Positions 60,484-64,000 of a DNA stretch of 64,000 bases are shown here, piece after piece. Origin of the DNA: Penicillus capitatus (taxonomy: Eukaryota; Plantae; Chlorophyta); assembly GCA_965649825.1 (NCBI GenBank), contig OZ287708.1, positions 203,311 to 267,310 on the forward strand, written 5' to 3'. Positions within the stretch are counted from its first letter, which is position 1; each line of letters begins with the position of its first letter. The notes below the pieces were generated by a model that worked only from the letters and a program-made list of their open reading frames with translations, did no database searches and was not told where the DNA came from. The position numbers were made by a program, and so were the translations under genes.

Positions 60484-61515
60484 CTCGATTGCTGAGATGT
60501 GTGCCGGTTCGCTCATCAGTTTTCATCTTGCTTCTCCATGCAGCACCCATTACTGCCCCCTTGATATGCTTTGTTGCCGTCTGTCAGATTGCCGAAAGTT
60601 GCTGACGCCGAGATTCATGTCTAGACTAAAATTAAGAACTGCATTCGGTTGTCGCGTGCATTGAGTTTCTATTCATCGATGTCTGGATGTGCGAGCGTTC
60701 CTTCAGCTGGCACAATCTATGACAGCCATCTCCTGCATGCTCTAAGACTGTAAAGTTGTTCTTGATGTTGTTTATTGTACTTCATCAGGTTGATATACCT
60801 TGTTCATTCTTAACGCTGTGTTCCTGACTGTTTGTATCGAATCCGACACGCACATATTGAACGTTGACGTCACACACATTAGACCATACACACATTGTAA
60901 ACGTCAACAACATTTAAGAAGAAGAATTGAACTCGATCACAGTGGTGGTGTAATACTCTCTCATTCGCGAGCACACGTCGTTATCTCTGTACGGCAAGAT
61001 GAACAGAAGGCGTCGCCATACTGTATTCTATTCTGTGAAGGCAATCAGCGTCGGAGAAAAATAGGCTTATGGCTAAATTCCTTACAAAACGTCTGGTGCA
61101 TTCGACACAGGATAGATTACGCACGGTCTTTGACTGCACTTTATTCTCTCGTCACATTACTCTTTCCAAAACTAAGAAATCTGATGTCGTACTTTCTTGT
61201 GTGCTCGAAACATGAGAGGTAAAAAAGGTAGAAGGCTTTGATAACATATTAAAACTGTAGCTATAGAATCATAGCTCTCAGCAAAGCGACTTAAGAGTGA
61301 GATGTTAAGTGGACAGGTCTGATAACGGTGGTGCACGGAAGAAAAGTCGCCCGGCCCGTCACAAAGTCTACAGAAAAAAATAAGAAAATGCAACTGTACG
61401 ATATAAGAGCTTACAGTGCGGCGCGGAAGGTCACCCTAAAAGAGCACTGACACCAATCACAGACAGCCATCAGATTGGACGCCTGTCTTTCTCCAGCGGC
61501 TGCCAGGCGTCAGAT

Positions 61516-62015
61516 TGGATGCCTCTCTCTTTCTCTGGCGGCGGCCAGATGTCAGTCGGCCGCCCATTGCCGCCTCCATTGGCGGCCAAAACATCAGGTA
61601 GGGCGGCGCCCTGGCTGCCTCCACTGGCAGCCAGAGCAGAAGGATGCCTTCCGGTGACGGCCAGACGTCAGGTGGACGCCTGTCTTTGTCTCCAGCGGCG
61701 GTGAGACGTCAGGTGGACGCCTGTCTTTGTCTCCAGCGGCGGTGAGACGTCAGGTGGACGCCTCTTTGTCTCCAGTGACGGCTAGGTGTGAGTCGGCCGC
61801 CATTGCCGCCTCCACTGGCGGCCAGAGCGGTGTGCTGGTCGCCCATTGCCGACTCGAGTGGCAGCGAGAGATCAGGTAAGGTGCCCTGGCTGCCTCCACT
61901 GGCAGCCAGAGCAGTGAGCTGGTCGCCCATTGCTGCCTCGAGTGGCAGCGAGAGATCAGGTAGGGTGCCCTGGCTGCCTCCACTGGCAGCCAGAGCGGAA
62001 GGTAGTAGGCCTTGA
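61516..62015. repeat. Inverted satellite block: mixed monomers, three 41-bp family-B units (~61660-61780) and 81-bp units
   Basis: GACGTCAGGTGGACGCCT recurs at 41-bp spacing, and the 81-bp units are reverse complements of those at 6445-6745. Confidence 0.93.
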
Positions 62016-62178
62016 GCGACGGCCAGATGAGTGTCGGCCTCCAGCGACGGCCAGATGAGTGTCGGCCTCCAGCGACGGCCAGATGAGTGTCGGCCTCCAG
62101 CGACGGCCAGATGAGTGTCGGCCTCCAGCGACGGCCAGATGAGTGTCGGCCTCCAGCGACGGCCAGATAAGTGTCGGC
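62016..62178. repeat. 28-bp tandem repeat, ~5.5 copies
   Basis: GAGTGTCGGCCTCCAGCGACGGCCAGAT; GGCCAGAT recurs at 62021, 62049, 62077, 62105, 62133 and 62161. Confidence 0.97.
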
Positions 62179-62179
62179 C

Positions 62180-64000
62180 GCCATTGCCGCCGCTATTGGC
62201 GGCCAGAGCCGGTAGGTAGAGTGCTCTGGCTGCCTCCACTGGCAGCCAGAGCGGAAGGCAGTAGGCCTTGAGTGACGGCCAGATGTCAAACAGCCGCCAT
62301 AGCCGCCTCCATTGGCGGGCAGAGCGGAAGGTAGGGTGCCCTTGGCTGCCTCCACTGGCAGCCAGAGCGTGAGGGTTGGCCTCCAGCGACGGCCAGATGT
62401 CAGTCGGCCGCCATTGCCGCCTCCATTGGCGGCCAGAGCCGGTAGGCAGGGTGCCCTTGGCTGCCTCCACTGGCAGCCAGAGCGTGAGGGTTGGCCTCCA
62501 GCGACGGCCAGATGTCAGTCGGCCGCCATTGCCGCCTCCACTGGCGGCCAGAGCCGGTAGGCAGAGTGCTCTGGCTGCCTCCACTGGCAGCCAGAGCGTG
62601 AGGGTTGGCCTCCAGCGACGGCCATATGAGTGTCGGCCGCCATTGCCGCCTCCACTGGCAGCCAGAGCGTGAGGGTTGGCCTCCAGCGACGGCCATATGA
62701 GTGTCGGCCGCCATTGCCGCCTCCATTGGCAGCCAGAGCCGGTAGGTAGAGTGCTCTGGCTGCCTCCACTGGCAGCCAGAGCGTGAGGGTTGGCCTCCAG
62801 CGACGGCCATATGAGTGTCGGCCGCCATTGCCGCCTCCATTGGCAGCCAGAGCCGGTAGGTAGAGTGCTCTGGCTGCCTCCACTGGCAGCCAGAGCGTGA
62901 GGGTTGGCCTCCAGCGACGGCCATATGAGTGTCGGCCGCCATTGCCGCCTCCACTGGCAGCCAGAGCGTGAGGGTTGGCCTCCAGCGACGGCCATATGAG
63001 TGTCGGCCGCCATTGCCGCCTCCATTGGCAGCCAGAGCCGGTAGGTAGAGTGCTCTGGCTGCCTCCACTGGCAGCCAGAGCGTGAGGGTTGGCCTCCAGC
63101 GACGGCCATATGAGTGTCGGCCGCCATTGCCGCCTCCATTGGCGGCCAGAGCAGGTAGGTAGAGTGCTCTGGCTGCCTCCACTGGCAGCCAGAGCGTGAG
63201 GGTTGGCCTCCAGCGACGGCCAGATGTCAGTCGGCCGCCATTGCCGCCTCCACTGGCGGCCAGAGCCGGTAGGCAGAGTGCTCTGGCTGCCTCCACTGGC
63301 AGCCAGAGCGTGAGGGTTGGCCTCCAGCGACGGCCATATGAGTGTCGGCCGCCATTGCCGCCTCCACTGGCAGCCAGAGCGTGAGGGTTGGCCTCCAGCG
63401 ACGGCCATATGAGTGTCGGCCGCCATTGCCGCCTCCATTGGCAGCCAGAGCCGGTAGGTAGAGTGCTCTGGCTGCCTCCACTGGCAGCCAGAGCGTGAGG
63501 GTTGGCCTCCAGCGACGGCCAGATGTCAGTCGGCCGCCATTGCCGCCTCCACTGGCAGCCAGAGCGTGAGGGTTGGCCTCCAGCGACGGCCATATGAGTG
63601 TCGGCCGCCATTGCCGCCTCCATTGGCAGCCAGAGCCGGTAGGTAGAGTGCTCTGGCTGCCTCCACTGGCAGCCAGAGCGTGAGGGTTGGCCTCCAGCGA
63701 CGGCCATATGAGTGTCGGCCGCCATTGCCGCCTCCATTGGCAGCCAGAGCCGGTAGGTAGAGTGCTCTGGCTGCCTCCACTGGCAGCCAGAGCGTGAGGG
63801 TTGGCCTCCAGCGACGGCCATATGAGTGTCGGCCGCCATTGCCGCCTCCACTGGCGGCCAGAGCCGGTAGGCAGAGTGCTCTGGCTGCCTCCACTGGCAG
63901 CCAGAGCGTGAGGGTTGGCCTCCAGCGACGGCCAGATGTCAGTCGGCCGCCATTGCCGCCTCCATTGGCGGCCAGAGCCGGTAGGCAGAGTGCTCTGGCT
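62180..64000. repeat. Higher-order satellite of 71-bp and 43-bp monomers (114-bp dimer), running off the window end
   Basis: For example, 63061 to 63175 is 114 bp. Both monomers begin GCCTCCA(C/T)TGGC(A/G)GCCAGAGC, and lone 71-bp monomers are interspersed. Confidence 0.97.

Larger units (their letters stand above)
59452..61513 (-). repeat. Right arm of the long inverted repeat (contains the secreted-protein gene)
   Basis: Reverse-complement homology to 7139-8420, plus ~780 bp (about 59642-60420) that is absent from the left arm. Confidence 0.97.

Noticed and set aside
7139-61513. Giant DNA transposon or endogenous virus with terminal inverted repeats
   Set aside because: No transposase, integrase, polymerase or capsid gene was recognised. 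The cargo is intron-rich host housekeeping genes, the arm homology fades inward without a sharp terminus, and no target-site duplication is visible.
61709-63851. 476-aa and 483-aa ORFs (and 200-240-aa ORFs at 5.6-6.9 kb) as proteins
   Set aside because: They arise from GC-rich satellite monomers that lack stop triplets on one strand. All frames are similarly open, and the translations switch between repeat frames wherever a 71-bp monomer occurs.

Overview
Eukaryotic nuclear DNA from a compact-genome green alga. The clues are plastid-targeted SPS, Z-ISO, RsmB and DEAD-box genes, TGTAA poly(A)-type motifs, and introns mostly 45-70 nt long. A plant-type ATP synthase subunit f argues against Chlorophyceae. 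From about 8.4 to 59.4 kb there is a nearly wall-to-wall block of about 22 genes: solanesyl-PP synthase, a PAP2 phosphatase, an OSCA/ERD4 channel, tRNA-Cys, TBCA, a giant ARM-repeat protein, a slicer-type Argonaute, a mini-bZIP, ATG9, ELP1, a secreted serpin, katanin p80, ATP synthase f, Z-ISO, mL53, a CID-type RRM protein, RsmB, glucosidase II alpha, a DEAD-box helicase, WBP11 and several orphans. The main structural finding is that this block is bracketed by two inverted copies of one composite element. Each copy has a non-satellite arm (7139-8420 versus 59452-61513) with a 400-bp core identical at 398 of 400 positions. Outside each arm lie GC-rich satellites built from the same hairpin-containing monomers, but in different order and copy number. 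The right arm carries an intact spliced secreted-protein gene, and the left arm keeps only its last ~20 codons after a deletion of about 780 bp. This resembles the two subtelomeres of a very small chromosome, or a bounded rearrangement or elimination unit; that interpretation is inference. Other signals are frequent GC-AG introns, a 3-nt stop-to-start gap suggesting polycistronic expression, and one gene-free lower-GC island at 39-42 kb. All exon models and alignments were made by eye, so gene ends are approximate.
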